IMG/VR virus record: IMGVR_UViG_3300039156_000048
Span: 37,756 to 101,755 of that record
Origin: a virus
Taxonomy: Duplodnaviria > Caudoviricetes
Reading direction: 5' to 3' (one strand)
Length of the DNA stretch: 64,000 bases
Positions 38,855 through 50,256 of the stretch are shown here, piece by piece. How positions within the stretch are numbered: the first letter of the stretch is position 1; the number at the start of each line of letters is the position of its first letter. The notes under the pieces were generated by a model. That model made no database searches and was not told the DNA's origin. It saw only the letters and a program-made list of their open reading frames with translations. The position numbers were made by a program, and so were the translations under genes.

Positions 38855-39455
38855 TTGTTTCAGTCGTCAGGTACCTCCTTGCCCTATCTAAATAACGTTT
38901 TGTAATGGTGTGGTCTATCCCGAACTTTCTCTCGATCTGGCTGACAGTGAGCCCCGCACCTATCAGCCGATATACTTTGCGTTCTTTTTCTGACGCTTTT
39001 CGGAGCAGGTCAGCTACGATAATCTGATTAGAAACGTTTTCCTCGAATGAAAAAATTAAATATTCACTGGGTACGGCAAAGTCCTCAATGGCAGAATAAT
39101 CATAGCAGGTATACTTATCATGGGGAAATTCCTCCCCGTATATAACCTTTCCTGTCCTAAGCCAGTTCATCGGGACAGTAATTGTCCTTGCGTCCGCTAA
39201 GACTTTTCGGCAGGCGTAAAAGACCGTTTTTCTCAAAGCATCAACGTTAATCGGGTCTGTGCTATTGGAGTTTTTGTGCTTCTTCAGAACAGCTAATGAT
39301 GCTTCCTGAACCATGTCATCAATAAGATCTTTATTCTCTTGATAGTGGCCTCCGATGGTTGCATACTGGAGAACATGCTTCTTGATTTCTGTTAATAAAC
39401 CATTAATGAATTCCGGATCATTCGCTTTATTAAGTTTTTCCAAATAGCCCTCCAA
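38796..39455 (-). CDS. Sigma-70-like factor
   Basis: Region 2-like DDMVQEA.LA; C-terminal HTH (ERKV..L...GLT.SQI). Confidence 0.7.
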   Translation of the reverse strand: MEGYLEKLNKANDPEFINGLLTEIKKHVLQYATIGGHYQENKDLIDDMVQEASLAVLKKHKNSNSTDPINVDALRKTVFYACRKVLADARTITVPMNWLRTGKVIYGEEFPHDKYTCYDYSAIEDFAVPSEYLIFSFEENVSNQIIVADLLRKASEKERKVYRLIGAGLTVSQIERKFGIDHTITKRYLDRARRYLTTETNENRNGKREGTGRSSRYVA

Positions 39456-39577
39456 ATTTAATGACGTTTATCGTCTTTGTGACCAATTTTGTTACTTGTG
39501 GTATCGTTAAATGGCGAAGGTTCTATAAACCGAGGGGGCGGTTTTCATCCCCGATAACGACTCGGTCCCGGGCTTAT

Positions 39578-40012
39578 TTAGAAAGGTAAGTCAGATCCGT
39601 CATCTTCCTCTTCATCATCATCCGGGGGCGGCGCCTGCTTGGATTTTCTGCTGGCGGACTGTGAAGGCTTTGAAGGCGCTTCATTATCTCCATCTGAACG
39701 TCCTGACAGGAATTCCATCCTGTCAACGTTGATCTGAAGAGCAGTCCGGGCAGTGCCGTCCTTTGCGGTATAATCCCGTGTTGAAAAACCACCTCCTACA
39801 GCAACTTTGCTTCCCTTTTTGAGGTATGTGTTTGCGGAATCCGCCTGTTTTCCAAAGACGGTGGCTTGAACGAAGGCCGTTACTGGCTGGCCGCTTGTAT
39901 CTTTCTGATTGGTTCGGCAAGCAACGGTAAACGAGCACATCTTATTCCCATTTGACAGATCGCGCAAGGTAGGGTCAGCAGTAAGATTTCCAATAGCGTA
40001 AGCATCTAGCAT
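39578..40012 (-). CDS. ssb: Single-stranded DNA-binding protein
   Basis: GNLTADP, FGKQA, KKGSKV, acidic tail ending DLPF. Confidence 0.93.
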   Translation of the reverse strand: MLDAYAIGNLTADPTLRDLSNGNKMCSFTVACRTNQKDTSGQPVTAFVQATVFGKQADSANTYLKKGSKVAVGGGFSTRDYTAKDGTARTALQINVDRMEFLSGRSDGDNEAPSKPSQSASRKSKQAPPPDDDEEEDDGSDLPF

Positions 40013-40089
40013 CTAATAAATTCTTTCCTTTCGGTTATACATTTGTGTTTAAGATTGGGTTTATGAGGTATCTATTAACTATAGTGCGT

Positions 40090-40977
40090 TTATGCCGCTT
40101 GAAGTGCTGTGTGGAGCTCCTTCATCTTGGCATGGAGTGCGTTTGTTTTTTCTTTGTCTTTTAAGCCGGTGTAGTTGATACTGCCGATAATCGGTTCAAT
40201 ATTTGCTTTTGCCCAGGCGACCTTCTCCGCAACTGCCATGCCTTTGGTGATAGCTTTTGCCCAGGTGCTGATGTCAGCAAGCTGTGGGTCTTCCTCCTCA
40301 GGGGTTTCCGCATTGGTGGCTAGAGTGTCCTTCTTCTTCCTTGTTTTGGGCTGTTCTACGGTTGGAGCAGGTAGGGCAGCATCATCATCGTCCCCTACAT
40401 CATCTGCGGCTACGGGCCTTGTAGTGCCCTTCTTGCCTATGCTGTACCTCACCTTTCCTTTCCTATCTTTCAGAACAAGGTAGCTGATTTCCCGTTTGTC
40501 ATTCACCTCAATGTCATCAACCTTCAAGGAGAAATAGGGCGCTTTGATTTTACCCCCTTCATCTGTATATTCACCGGATTCAAGAGCCACCATGACAAGA
40601 GGAGTTGTATACAATTCCCTTGCGATTCCCCAATTTACCGCGCTTCTTTTCATGGCATCACTCGCCTCACCTTTGACTGCTTCTGTATTACTCTCTGTTC
40701 CTACATCCTCCTTGCTGATCCATTCTTTTTTGTCCTTGTCCCAGACCTCAATCACGCCATACAGCGTCTCTCCGACCATCTTGTGTTTACGTTGCCAGTT
40801 CATCGGCCCATACGCTTCATCGAGAATGTCCATCACAACACGGGCATCTGTATACAACAGACAAATTGCCTTCTTTGTCTTTGTGATTGATTGGACCCTG
40901 ACTTTAATCTCGTGGGGTTGGAGTAACCTAATTATTCCGGTTGGTTCTTTCCCAATGGTTCCAGCTCCTGCCATCAA
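40090..40977 (-). CDS. Sak/Rad52-like single-strand annealing protein
   Basis: Y.DAR..M..LDE..GP.NWQ; KGEASDA.KR.AV.WGI.RELY. Confidence 0.85.
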   Translation of the reverse strand: MMAGAGTIGKEPTGIIRLLQPHEIKVRVQSITKTKKAICLLYTDARVVMDILDEAYGPMNWQRKHKMVGETLYGVIEVWDKDKKEWISKEDVGTESNTEAVKGEASDAMKRSAVNWGIARELYTTPLVMVALESGEYTDEGGKIKAPYFSLKVDDIEVNDKREISYLVLKDRKGKVRYSIGKKGTTRPVAADDVGDDDDAALPAPTVEQPKTRKKKDTLATNAETPEEEDPQLADISTWAKAITKGMAVAEKVAWAKANIEPIIGSINYTGLKDKEKTNALHAKMKELHTALQAA

Positions 40978-41026
40978 TACCTCCTTATTTTATTTTCATA
41001 TCAGTTGAACAGCTTAGAGACTCTTT

Positions 41027-41072
41027 CGTCCCTCTATATATATAGATGGACGAATAAGTCGATTTTCGGACA
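41027..41072. repeat. 46-bp direct repeat copy A (contains 28-bp near-palindrome); putative phage promoter or recombination site
   Basis: 44/46 identical to 44678-44723. Confidence 0.85.
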
Positions 41073-41128
41073 CCTTTTTGAAGAAAATTTATTAAGATTC
41101 GATTATGGTCGAAAATCCATTCAGCAGA

Positions 41129-41353
41129 CTATATATTCTCAAGATTCTCGATGGCATCCTGGACGCTGGAGACCGCATCATCAATCCTTTCGAGGGCTTC
41201 TTCGGTGTCTTCATATCGCTGAGAGCCTTGGAGATTCTCAGGGATATTGTCCAGGGCACTTTCCTCATCTCCTTGAACCCCCTCCAAATCCTCAAGAGAC
41301 TGGCGGAGATTCCCGATGATGCGGGTCACCTCCGTTTTTCGCTTCTTATTCAC
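41129..41353 (-). CDS. Small helical acidic protein
   Basis: MNK.R...DEE..A.DN.PENLQ.S.R motif. Confidence 0.6.
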   Translation of the reverse strand: MNKKRKTEVTRIIGNLRQSLEDLEGVQGDEESALDNIPENLQGSQRYEDTEEALERIDDAVSSVQDAIENLENI

Positions 41354-42300
41354 GCTTCCTTTTTCCTCTCTTCTTTGGCGTTCAGTTTCTTCCCCCAGGA
41401 AACGCTGTTCGCGGCACCCCGCAGCTCATCTTTCGTGGGATTGATGTAGAGCTTCGTGGTATTGCTGCTGGAATGGGAGCCCAGTTTCTGTGTGATACCA
41501 AGAGGATTCCTGCGGTCAACTTCTGTCAGGAACGTATGGCGCATGATGTGGACACCTGTTTCCAGCCCTAATTCCTTCTGTCGTGCGTTCATCCTCTCCC
41601 AGAGCATTGTCCGATTGAACCTCCTCCCGCTTCTTGTTGTGAACAATGGTTCATCGTCTTCGGCATGGCCTCTTTCCTCTAAGTATTTGTCTACATACTC
41701 CAAGGCATAGTCGGCCACATACACCCATTTTTTCGCACCCCCCTTCCGCTTGACATAGATGCTGCCGTTCCGCATCCCCTTATAATCCCCGACGTTCAGG
41801 CTGCACAGCTCACTGGCCCTGAATCCACCCGCCAGGAGCATTGCCACCATTGCCCTGTCACGAACATCAACTGACCTTGAAACCCTGACTTTGATCAGAG
41901 CAACGGCATCATCATTTGTATAGGCCAGCCGGTCGCCTTCATCATCTTCCGCTTCGTCCTTGATGATGCGGGACTTTTTCAGCACGTCACTGGCGTTCTT
42001 TTCCACATACCCCGCCTGGGTCATATACTCAAAGAATCCTTTGACGTTGGCTACATACAGGTTCTTGGACGGGGGAGAAGCATCCACCTGCTGATACCAC
42101 TCGTCCAGCATGTACCCCTTGACCTCTTTTGCATTCTTGGCGGACAGGCTGATTCCGTACTTGTCCGTCAGGAACCCGCTGAGACCGTGCAGGACACTCT
42201 CCCTTGACGCGATGGTGTTTTTAGACAAGCCTGCCGCCTTCATGTGGCGGCAGTACGCATCAATCGTATCGATTTGTTCCCGTTCTTTTGCAACGAACAT
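41350..42300 (-). CDS. Second tyrosine recombinase (XerC/D-like)
   Basis: RDRAM..L...G.R.SEL, RKGG, HIMRHTF, LG.H....T..Y. Confidence 0.88.
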   Translation of the reverse strand: MFVAKEREQIDTIDAYCRHMKAAGLSKNTIASRESVLHGLSGFLTDKYGISLSAKNAKEVKGYMLDEWYQQVDASPPSKNLYVANVKGFFEYMTQAGYVEKNASDVLKKSRIIKDEAEDDEGDRLAYTNDDAVALIKVRVSRSVDVRDRAMVAMLLAGGFRASELCSLNVGDYKGMRNGSIYVKRKGGAKKWVYVADYALEYVDKYLEERGHAEDDEPLFTTRSGRRFNRTMLWERMNARQKELGLETGVHIMRHTFLTEVDRRNPLGITQKLGSHSSSNTTKLYINPTKDELRGAANSVSWGKKLNAKEERKKEA

Positions 42301-42332
42301 AGTAACCTCCTTTGTTGTTCCCCTGTGGCTCC

Positions 42333-42683
42333 TTATTCAATGGGCGTCAGCGTCATCACTTCGTCCGGCTGAAAGCTGAACCATCCCAATGTTTTTCTCC
42401 CCCTCTGGGCACCCATGAGCCACATGTTCCAATTGTTCTTCTTTTCAACCAAGAGATAGTTGTCTGAACCCTGGAGATACGGCTTCTCGAATTTGAACTG
42501 GTCAACCTTATCAGGATTAGCACTGAATAAGAACGACAACATGATAACCAATGCGATAGCCCCAAAAGTGCCCGCAAAAAGCCCAAATCCCATAGCCGTA
42601 TCAGACCCTGTTTTGTTGTATCTCCATATTGACAGGATAATTGTAACCACGACAAACCCCAGGACAGATAAAAATATTCCCAA
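42333..42683 (-). CDS. Membrane protein (2 TM)
   Basis: Two hydrophobic N-terminal segments; GGAGG RBS. Confidence 0.55.
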   Translation of the reverse strand: MGIFLSVLGFVVVTIILSIWRYNKTGSDTAMGFGLFAGTFGAIALVIMLSFLFSANPDKVDQFKFEKPYLQGSDNYLLVEKKNNWNMWLMGAQRGRKTLGWFSFQPDEVMTLTPIE

Positions 42684-43729
42684 GTGAATTCCTCCTTATT
42701 TTGTTGTTGCTCACAAAAAACAATGCCGCTTCATGCAGTAAGCTTTTCAGGTTTATTGAATTATTAGTTTAGAATTTTTAGAGCGACCACAGTTGATTGA
42801 GTTGAGTCCAAACAAAGTCAACAATGGATGGCATAAACCCGACAAATACTGTTAGCGTGAAGGCAACAATCCCCCCAAAAACCATCATTGCAGAAAGGCC
42901 ATCTAACCAGTAACATCCTGAGATTTGATCGCTGATTTTATCCACCACAAACCCAAGGGCAACGCACACAGCAGAACCAATTAACAGTATCACTTATCGC
43001 TTCGCCTCCCATCCTGTGCCGAACAGTTGCATCTTGGCATACTGGTCAACCAGTTCAAGCACTGAGGGGGTCACTTTGTATGACCACACGGTCATGTTGT
43101 TCTCGTCCTTTGTCCATCCTATTGGCTTAATATATCGCTTGTAAAGGAACTGTTCCAAGGCCCTGTTTTTTGTCTCGAACGTTTCTGCGTTGAAGTCGTA
43201 TGCAATTGTATTGTTCTCCATAATCATTCCCTGAATCCTCTCTTGTTTCAATTTATTTATTGTGAGTTCCTGGTTGGAGTCCGCCGCTGATTACTTCAAG
43301 AAAAACAGGGGCACACACAGTATCCGCCTTTTCTCCGTCAAATGCAATCAGCATCCGGGGGTATATATTTTGTATAGTATACCCTTTAAGTTCCCCATAT
43401 TTGTCTGAGTAGATATCTTTTACACGGCATCCTGTCAAGAAATAGTTTCCATTCCTATCCTGAGGCCAAGTTTTCATATTGTTTCTCCTATCATTTTACG
43501 TCCCGTTTTTCTATTGGCACAAACTTCCACTCGGCCATAAGGATCAGAACGTATCCCCATGACGCACCTGTAATACACCAGATCAACCAAAGAAGCAGGA
43601 TGAAGGAGTCGGTGAGAGCAAAATAGACAATCGCCGCGATATGCAAAACCCATATCAGGTAGACTGTCCATTTGACCATGTGATAGAAGATTTCTCCGAA
43701 GGTTATGTTATTTTTCATGGCAGATACAA

Positions 43730-44263
43730 TCAATCGTACTCAGGCGATAACCTCGTATCCCAAAGGGACACTTTCGTTTTATTGGGAGAGTGGGGGACAG
43801 GTGAGAATTCTGTTGTAACATATACAATAGCTGGATTGCTCCAGTCCTCCTCTCTGTACTCGTAGAATGCTTCGACTTTATTTCCACCAATGGTTGTTGG
43901 AGTGGTGGTCGTACTCTTGTCCTGTTTCCGCGCCACCTTAATCAGTGAGTTGTTCCATGCCCTGTCAACCTCGCACACATCCCCCCAGTCACCGGACATA
44001 TACCGAATCAATGCCCTGAACAGGAAGTTTCTGAAGTGAGGGCTTATCTTATTATGTGTCCTTACTTCATCCGTGTAGTCTACAATTCCCCTGTCAAAGA
44101 GTGTTGTTGGCGGCAGATAGGGTTCTTCGTTATTGAGATATTTATCAAACGCAGTTTCCTGTTCCATGGCTTCTGACATTTTCATTAAGTCAGCAGAGTC
44201 AATTCCATTTGCCGCGTCATCTAATGTAGGGGTGCGGAAAGCAGTGCTTGTCATTGTCATCAA
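43730..44263 (-). CDS. Conserved hypothetical protein (GDWG family)
   Basis: R..SGDWG.VC..D...N motif. Confidence 0.55.
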   Translation of the reverse strand: MMTMTSTAFRTPTLDDAANGIDSADLMKMSEAMEQETAFDKYLNNEEPYLPPTTLFDRGIVDYTDEVRTHNKISPHFRNFLFRALIRYMSGDWGDVCEVDRAWNNSLIKVARKQDKSTTTTPTTIGGNKVEAFYEYREEDWSNPAIVYVTTEFSPVPHSPNKTKVSLWDTRLSPEYD

Positions 44264-44677
44264 GAATCCCCTTATATTTATTTGTTTTTATTTTGAGATT
44301 ATAAACTGAGAAGGTAGTTTAAGATGCGGCTTTCTTCTCGCAGTCAATCCAACCCATGGTGTACCCCGCTTCAAAGCCATCCTGGTATGTTGAATCCGTG
44401 CATCCTATGTTCTTCAGTTCCTCATATAGGAAAGAAAGCGTATCCATTACAGCGGCATAACCCGCAGAGCTTATGTTATCTGAGTCCCATCCTGCTATCA
44501 CGTTGATTGTGTTTTTGATATCCTCACGTATCTTCGCTGACCGTGACTGAGCTTCCTGTATATCTGTTATGGTTCCATCCATCTTACTGACTCCTTTTTG
44601 TTTTCTCCTCTTGTTACCTTTTGGCCTATATGTAGGTTCGTGTCTGCGTTGTTGAAAAAAGATTAGCTTGTGTTTTC

Positions 44678-44723
44678 CGTCTCTCTATATATATAGATGG
44701 ACGAATGAGTCGATTTTCGGACA
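44678..44723. repeat. 46-bp direct repeat copy B
   Basis: 44/46 identical to 41027-41072; intergenic upstream of a minus-strand gene. Confidence 0.85.
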
Positions 44724-45673
44724 GGGCAATTGTGAACAAACTGTGAATAAATTGTAAACGTCATCATGCCGGGACACCACATCCATATGTAAATTCTTGT
44801 CCAGATATCTCAAACCACTTTGAAAGATGGGGATAATGATGAGGAAAAATGCAGTTTAGTTCATCTTCTTTATATTTGTCTGTCTTCGGATAGGTCTTCT
44901 TTAAGTACGCAATCATTTCTTCATCAGATGTGATTTCGGTTGGTGCTTTGGTATAGAAGGTAAACTCCTTGGCATAGTCTGTCCTATCGTCATTTTCTCC
45001 ATAGTAGTAGAACCATATCTCATAGTACTTCATTTTGTTTCGCCTCCTTTTCTTTCATTTCCTCGTAGCAAACCCCACAATAAACGTACTCACCATCGGT
45101 ATGAAAGTCTTCATCGTGTACGTACCACCCGCATTCATCACAAGTAAACGAACCAGCATCAAGGCAAGCAGTGCACCACGTTTCTTCATGATTCCCACAA
45201 AGAACATTCCACCCCTCAGTCAGTTCTTCTTTGCAGCTATCACATAGATCATTTGGCATATGGATCCTCCTTTCTATTAACTTAGCAGCAGAGAGATTCC
45301 GTTTCCGGGAACAGGGGAGAGGTCCCGCCAGTTCAGTATCTCCAATGTTTTTCTATCAACCTCCTCACAATTGTACAGGGAATGGAAGCCGTTGAGTTCT
45401 TCGTCATCCCCCAGGAACACCGGCATCTGTCTCAATTCCTCATCCGTATAGCCTTCTGCGATGGTATTAAGCATACCGATGAGTTCAAATACGCTGATGG
45501 ACGGCATTATGTCAGGCATAATCATCCCCCTCATCATCGTCAACGGAGAAGTCAACATCCTCACGGTCTGTCATGATTTCATTCGCCATGGTAATGGCAT
45601 CCCATTTGCTGTCGGCATCAATGGTGTAAGACTTATTGATATAGGCGCTGACTCGATATAACATAGCCCCTCC

Positions 45674-46237
45674 TTAAAAATGATAGTCGATAGAGCCGAC
45701 AACATAATAGGTTTTGCCAATTTCCGCACGTCGGAGAAAGGTATCAAGTGGAATGAGTTCCGACTCTACGCCGTCATATTCGTCTGCTAAGTCAATATAG
45801 AATCCTCCATCATCGAGGTAGGCACTCTTCAAGCGATACATCAGAAACCCCATGTCAAGGTCAATAGGTCGGTAGTCTGCGATAAAATCTGACAGGGTGA
45901 CGGCCTTCGCCTGATCAAGCAAACTTTTAAAATTTAAAAATTTGTTTTCAAAATAGGACTCCTTAAACCCTTCTTTCAGGATGAAAGTTCTCTTTGTCTC
46001 ATCCGTCTCAACGGGGCGCTGGTTACAGGAAAGATCTGAGAAGAGCCATTTGAGTGACTCGCTTGGATTGGGGTCATCGTCAACATAATCCGCATGACTG
46101 GTAGTAAACCAGTGTTCAAAGTAATCATCCGGGCTAATCGTATTGTTTTCCTTTGCAATCTCAATGAGTTCCGTGATATCCCCATCATCTCTATCAGAAG
46201 AGGGAAGTAGACACACCTTAAAAACTCTGCTGTGCAT
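45674..46237 (-). CDS. Hypothetical acidic protein
   Basis: AGGAG RBS; MHSR...DYH motifs. Confidence 0.55.
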   Translation of the reverse strand: MHSRVFKVCLLPSSDRDDGDITELIEIAKENNTISPDDYFEHWFTTSHADYVDDDPNPSESLKWLFSDLSCNQRPVETDETKRTFILKEGFKESYFENKFLNFKSLLDQAKAVTLSDFIADYRPIDLDMGFLMYRLKSAYLDDGGFYIDLADEYDGVESELIPLDTFLRRAEIGKTYYVVGSIDYHF

Positions 46238-46272
46238 TTTGTTTCTCCTTTATTCTTTTGTTGTTTTTTGTG

Positions 46273-46698
46273 TCAGATAGAAGTCGGGAAGGGGTGGATG
46301 CCGCCGTTCAGCTCGTCAATAACTACCCCGCCGCCGGTATACATCAGGATGTCATTGCCGTACCAGACGGCAAGGTAGAGGTCTTTGCTGGAAAACTGGA
46401 TATGCAGGTCGCTGAAGATTCCCCACAGGTTGGCAACCAATTCATGTGCCATGGCTGGGTCAAGAGAGAAGACAATACGGCTGCTTGCCTCCAGGTTCAC
46501 CATGACGTCACCGTCTTCATCGACAAAGGCTTTTGACTGACTGAGGTCGAAGATGATTTCCATGTTGTCGTCTTTCCTCAGCTCCATCAGGAGCAGGTTC
46601 ACCACCAGGGCGGAAGTTTCCTCATTCTGGGATGCGGAAACGGGGATGATTGAGCAAGCCAGGATTAAGGCAAGCAGGATGATGCTGATTTTCTTCAT
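46273..46698 (-). CDS. Secreted or membrane protein with signal peptide
   Basis: MKKISIILLALILACSIIPVSA signal peptide. Confidence 0.6.
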   Translation of the reverse strand: MKKISIILLALILACSIIPVSASQNEETSALVVNLLLMELRKDDNMEIIFDLSQSKAFVDEDGDVMVNLEASSRIVFSLDPAMAHELVANLWGIFSDLHIQFSSKDLYLAVWYGNDILMYTGGGVVIDELNGGIHPFPTSI

Positions 46699-47058
46699 GG
46701 GTAATATTTCTCCTTTTCTTTTGTTATTGCTTGTTTTGCTTCTTCTATTGTTAGATAGATATCAAACGCGGTTGAACACAAACAGGTAGAGTCTTCGTCA
46801 AACTCATACAGGACAATCATGTAGTCATTTTCCATTTTCTGAATGTCCCAGATATCGTTATCACAAAACTCCCACCCATCATGTTCCCTGAAAGATTGTG
46901 GGTCTCCGTCTGGGCCAATAAAATCCCTCACTTCCATGTAGTTGTACAAGCCAGTTTCCGGATTCAATTTGCGGAGGATAGACTCCATCTTAATGTAGTT
47001 CATTGTTATATCTCCTTTGGAATAATTCTTGATGGGTTATTCTTGTAAACAACCGCTG

Positions 47059-47565
47059 TCAACACAGGAAGACCTCCTCTCCAGACCCCAGCACCTTAAG
47101 TAAGGCAGAGCATACGAATTCAAAATTCTGCTCCAAAATCTCCTCTGTTTCGTCTTGGGCGGAACGAAGAGCCGCCTTGATTTCATCCATGGTGGCGGTC
47201 ACGGGGAGTTTTCGGTAAGCATCTGCTTCATTTGAAAACTCAGAGGATTCTTCCATAATCTTCAGCACACCCTCAATAACGTCATCCAAGAGTGAGCCAT
47301 CTAACTGTAAGTGGAAGAAGGCGTCTTCGACTAAGGCATCATCTTCGTCTATGTATTGATAAACCAGGCATTCGATTTCACCGTTTCTCCTTGTGATTGA
47401 GCATGATAGAGGTTCTTTCAGGGACGATCCATAGGCAGTGAAATCCTCCTCCCCTGCCAATGCTTCTGCCAGTATAGATTCCGACTCTTTGTAGAAATCA
47501 CTCACTCTGTACTTAGAGCAACTATCACCACCTATATTGAGATCAATGTCTTTCACAATACACAT
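47059..47565 (-). CDS. Hypothetical protein, FxC-tailed (ends EVFLC)
   Basis: GAG GTC TTC CTG TGT TGA. Confidence 0.7.
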   Translation of the reverse strand: MCIVKDIDLNIGGDSCSKYRVSDFYKESESILAEALAGEEDFTAYGSSLKEPLSCSITRRNGEIECLVYQYIDEDDALVEDAFFHLQLDGSLLDDVIEGVLKIMEESSEFSNEADAYRKLPVTATMDEIKAALRSAQDETEEILEQNFEFVCSALLKVLGSGEEVFLC

Positions 47566-48359
47566 CCTTACTCCAGGAACGCAAGACTAAGCAACCGTTC
47601 CTGATCCACCGTGACAAAGACCTTTTCGGAAAGGTATTCTTCAATATCGCTATAGTCCTCGTCATCTATCTCATATCCTAAATAACTAAGATGATTTGAT
47701 AAGTCTTCCGCCAGATTGTCAAAGTACTCCCCACTCACCGAATCTTCCCAATTCTCAATCAGTCTTTGGATTTTATCCATGAGAGAACCAAGACTTCTGC
47801 ATTGACTTCGCAATGTACCTATCACACCCTCCCATGTATAAAAGTGGTATTGAGGCTTTATTAAGGTTTCAAAATCCCCCTCTTTGTTTTTTGTCAACTC
47901 ATCACGGCGGAGCAGGTAGTTGTCGATGTGCCCTGTTATGTGTTTCCATCTTTTCTCATAATGGTGACTCTCACAGGCATCATCACACCGGGAACAACAG
48001 AGACGGTAATCACAACCCTCACAGTCCTCGTCGTCCACTGCATCAGTGAATCCCTGAACGGCAGCCATTGCCGCCTTCATCAAGGTGTCCATCAGTCCGG
48101 GGGTGAGGTCGCCATCCCCCATAACCGCAAACCCAAGACCTCCCATTTTTCCCATAGGACCAAAAGATTTCATTCCATCCATGTTATTGTTCCCCCATAT
48201 CATCTATTAATTGAGCCTTGAAATTCCAGTCCAGTCCGTCAAATTCATCATAGATTACATTTGAGATCGCCTCAGATTCTGAGTCAGCATCCGTGATAAA
48301 TTCGTCGTGCACAAGAATACATTTGACTTTGAACATTGCCATTGGACTTTTCCTCCTTT

Positions 48360-49571
48360 TTACCAGTCACAATCAGACTCTGGTCTACAATCGTCACAAC
48401 GCAGGGAATTCTCATAGAGGGGAACATCGCCGCAGTTAATGCAGAAAGGAGTAGCTCCCACACAGATCGACCTGTTGAACTCGCCGCTGTCAAACTCCTC
48501 TCTGAGTTCAGTAGTGAAAGATGTCCGGACACAATCCACGTAGTAGTAATCCGGATAGTGCAGATTGTCCCGTTGAGCAATAATGTTGGCACGGCCTTTG
48601 CTGGGTTTTGCCCACTGGTTCTCAAACCAGTAGATTGTGGACAGGATGTCGTGGACCTCCTTTCTGAACAGCCGGTACAAGGGGTCATTGCCGTTTTGCA
48701 CCGGATACATCCTTGACTGGACGAAGATTTTCCCGCTTGGATGAATCATGAACATCTGCCGCTGGAACTTCTCCCTCAGGCACAGTTTTGTCATGTCACC
48801 GGGAAGGGAGTCAACCGTGTAGGCAACCACAGAGGGACCATCCACCAGATAGCTGAAAGTACCAGAGGCATACTGGCCTTCTGGTTCCCCATCATCATTT
48901 CCGCTGATGCTGTGGCAGCTTGACCAGGTGTTCCCATTGGACATGAGCGCATAGTCAGCAGGGTTCAGGGACAAGACAAAGGGGTGCTCCATGGTGTAGG
49001 GACTGATGGCGTTGGTATAGTCATTGAAGGGGCGGATGAGGTCAGATCGCTTGTTCAGGTCAATCCCGATGGCCTCGAGGTTCTTCAGGACAAGCCGTGA
49101 GGATTTCATTCCAACGGAAGGCTTGATGAACAAATCGGGGATGTAGTTCACGCCCCGGTCAATCCCTCTCTGGGTAATATTCTTTTCATTGAGAAGGGTA
49201 TTGCTCAGTTCCGTCAAAGCGGCCAGCATTTTTCTCGATTTGTTGTTTTCGTCTGTTGCCGGGAGGGTATCCATTTCCTCATACAACAGGTGAATCATTT
49301 CCTTGAGGTTGGTCACCGCAGCCCTCGTATCGGTGGTGCGGGTCTCGATAATGCTTGAGACAATCGCGAGAGCGTCGGGGTTCCATCCGGGATGCTGGCT
49401 GAACGCATCAAGGAGACCCCTTTTATTTTTCTCCCACTTGGTTACGTTGGCACGGACCCCATCCATTGAAAAATCAAGGCTGCTGTATTGCAACGCAGAC
49501 TTGAGAGCATTAAGGGCAGTTTCATACTGCATATCTGAAACAGACTCTAATTTTTCCGCAACTAAAGACAT
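48360..49571 (-). CDS. Hypothetical protein, paralog of 56433-58274
   Basis: LS.NPADY.LMS.GN.W.SCH, SR.YP and LHYPDY shared with the paralog. Confidence 0.7.
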   Translation of the reverse strand: MSLVAEKLESVSDMQYETALNALKSALQYSSLDFSMDGVRANVTKWEKNKRGLLDAFSQHPGWNPDALAIVSSIIETRTTDTRAAVTNLKEMIHLLYEEMDTLPATDENNKSRKMLAALTELSNTLLNEKNITQRGIDRGVNYIPDLFIKPSVGMKSSRLVLKNLEAIGIDLNKRSDLIRPFNDYTNAISPYTMEHPFVLSLNPADYALMSNGNTWSSCHSISGNDDGEPEGQYASGTFSYLVDGPSVVAYTVDSLPGDMTKLCLREKFQRQMFMIHPSGKIFVQSRMYPVQNGNDPLYRLFRKEVHDILSTIYWFENQWAKPSKGRANIIAQRDNLHYPDYYYVDCVRTSFTTELREEFDSGEFNRSICVGATPFCINCGDVPLYENSLRCDDCRPESDCDW

Positions 49572-49983
49572 CTCTTTGTTTCTCCTTATTTTTGTTTTTT
49601 GACTTTTATTTGTTAGAGAGGGTGAAGGGGGTTACCTTAGGATGTCAAACTTGTATCTGAGATGATTGTTGTACCATTCTTGGGGGTAAGCGTCTTCGAC
49701 GATTGTCTTATCTTCGTCATTAACATATTCCTGATAGACTCCCAAAGCCATATCCCAGATTGCTTCCATTCCGTGATCTGATGGATTCTCTCCTTCCGCA
49801 TTCAAGGTGTCTAAGATACAGTCTACCATCAGCACAATTCTGTATGCGTCATCTACCCCAATAAGATTGTCTTTGATAAACGAGAATCCCAGGGCGGCAT
49901 TTTTTACTGTCCAGCTTTTTAGCCACCACAAAGTACCATGACCATATTCTTTAGGTATATTACTCATATTTTCCTCCTTTCTT

Positions 49984-50256
49984 TCAGCAGATGAACCGTG
50001 GCCCTTTTAGGTCGTTGTATGGAATGTTCTCTCTCAAGCGGCCAAACTCAAGGTATCCAGTTCTAAGTTTGGCAATATTGGTGGGGTACATAAAACTACA
50101 ACGCATCGCCGCAAGGGAACGAGCAGTTCTATAGTGGTCCCAACGAAACCCTAAAGCCTCACATTCTTCCATTAGTTCTGAGAATTCATCAGCGTTATTA
50201 ACCATAATTGATGCGTCTTGCGAATCGAGGACTTCCTTGACTGAATTATAGACCAT
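49984..50256 (-). CDS. Hypothetical protein, FxC-tailed (ends PRFIC)
   Basis: CCA CGG TTC ATC TGC TGA. Confidence 0.65.
   Translation of the reverse strand: MVYNSVKEVLDSQDASIMVNNADEFSELMEECEALGFRWDHYRTARSLAAMRCSFMYPTNIAKLRTGYLEFGRLRENIPYNDLKGPRFIC

Noticed and set aside
48284-48688. ORF ending in Cys (IYHGC) as another tag member
   Set aside because: Out-of-frame overlap with 48360-49571 and lacks Phe at -3
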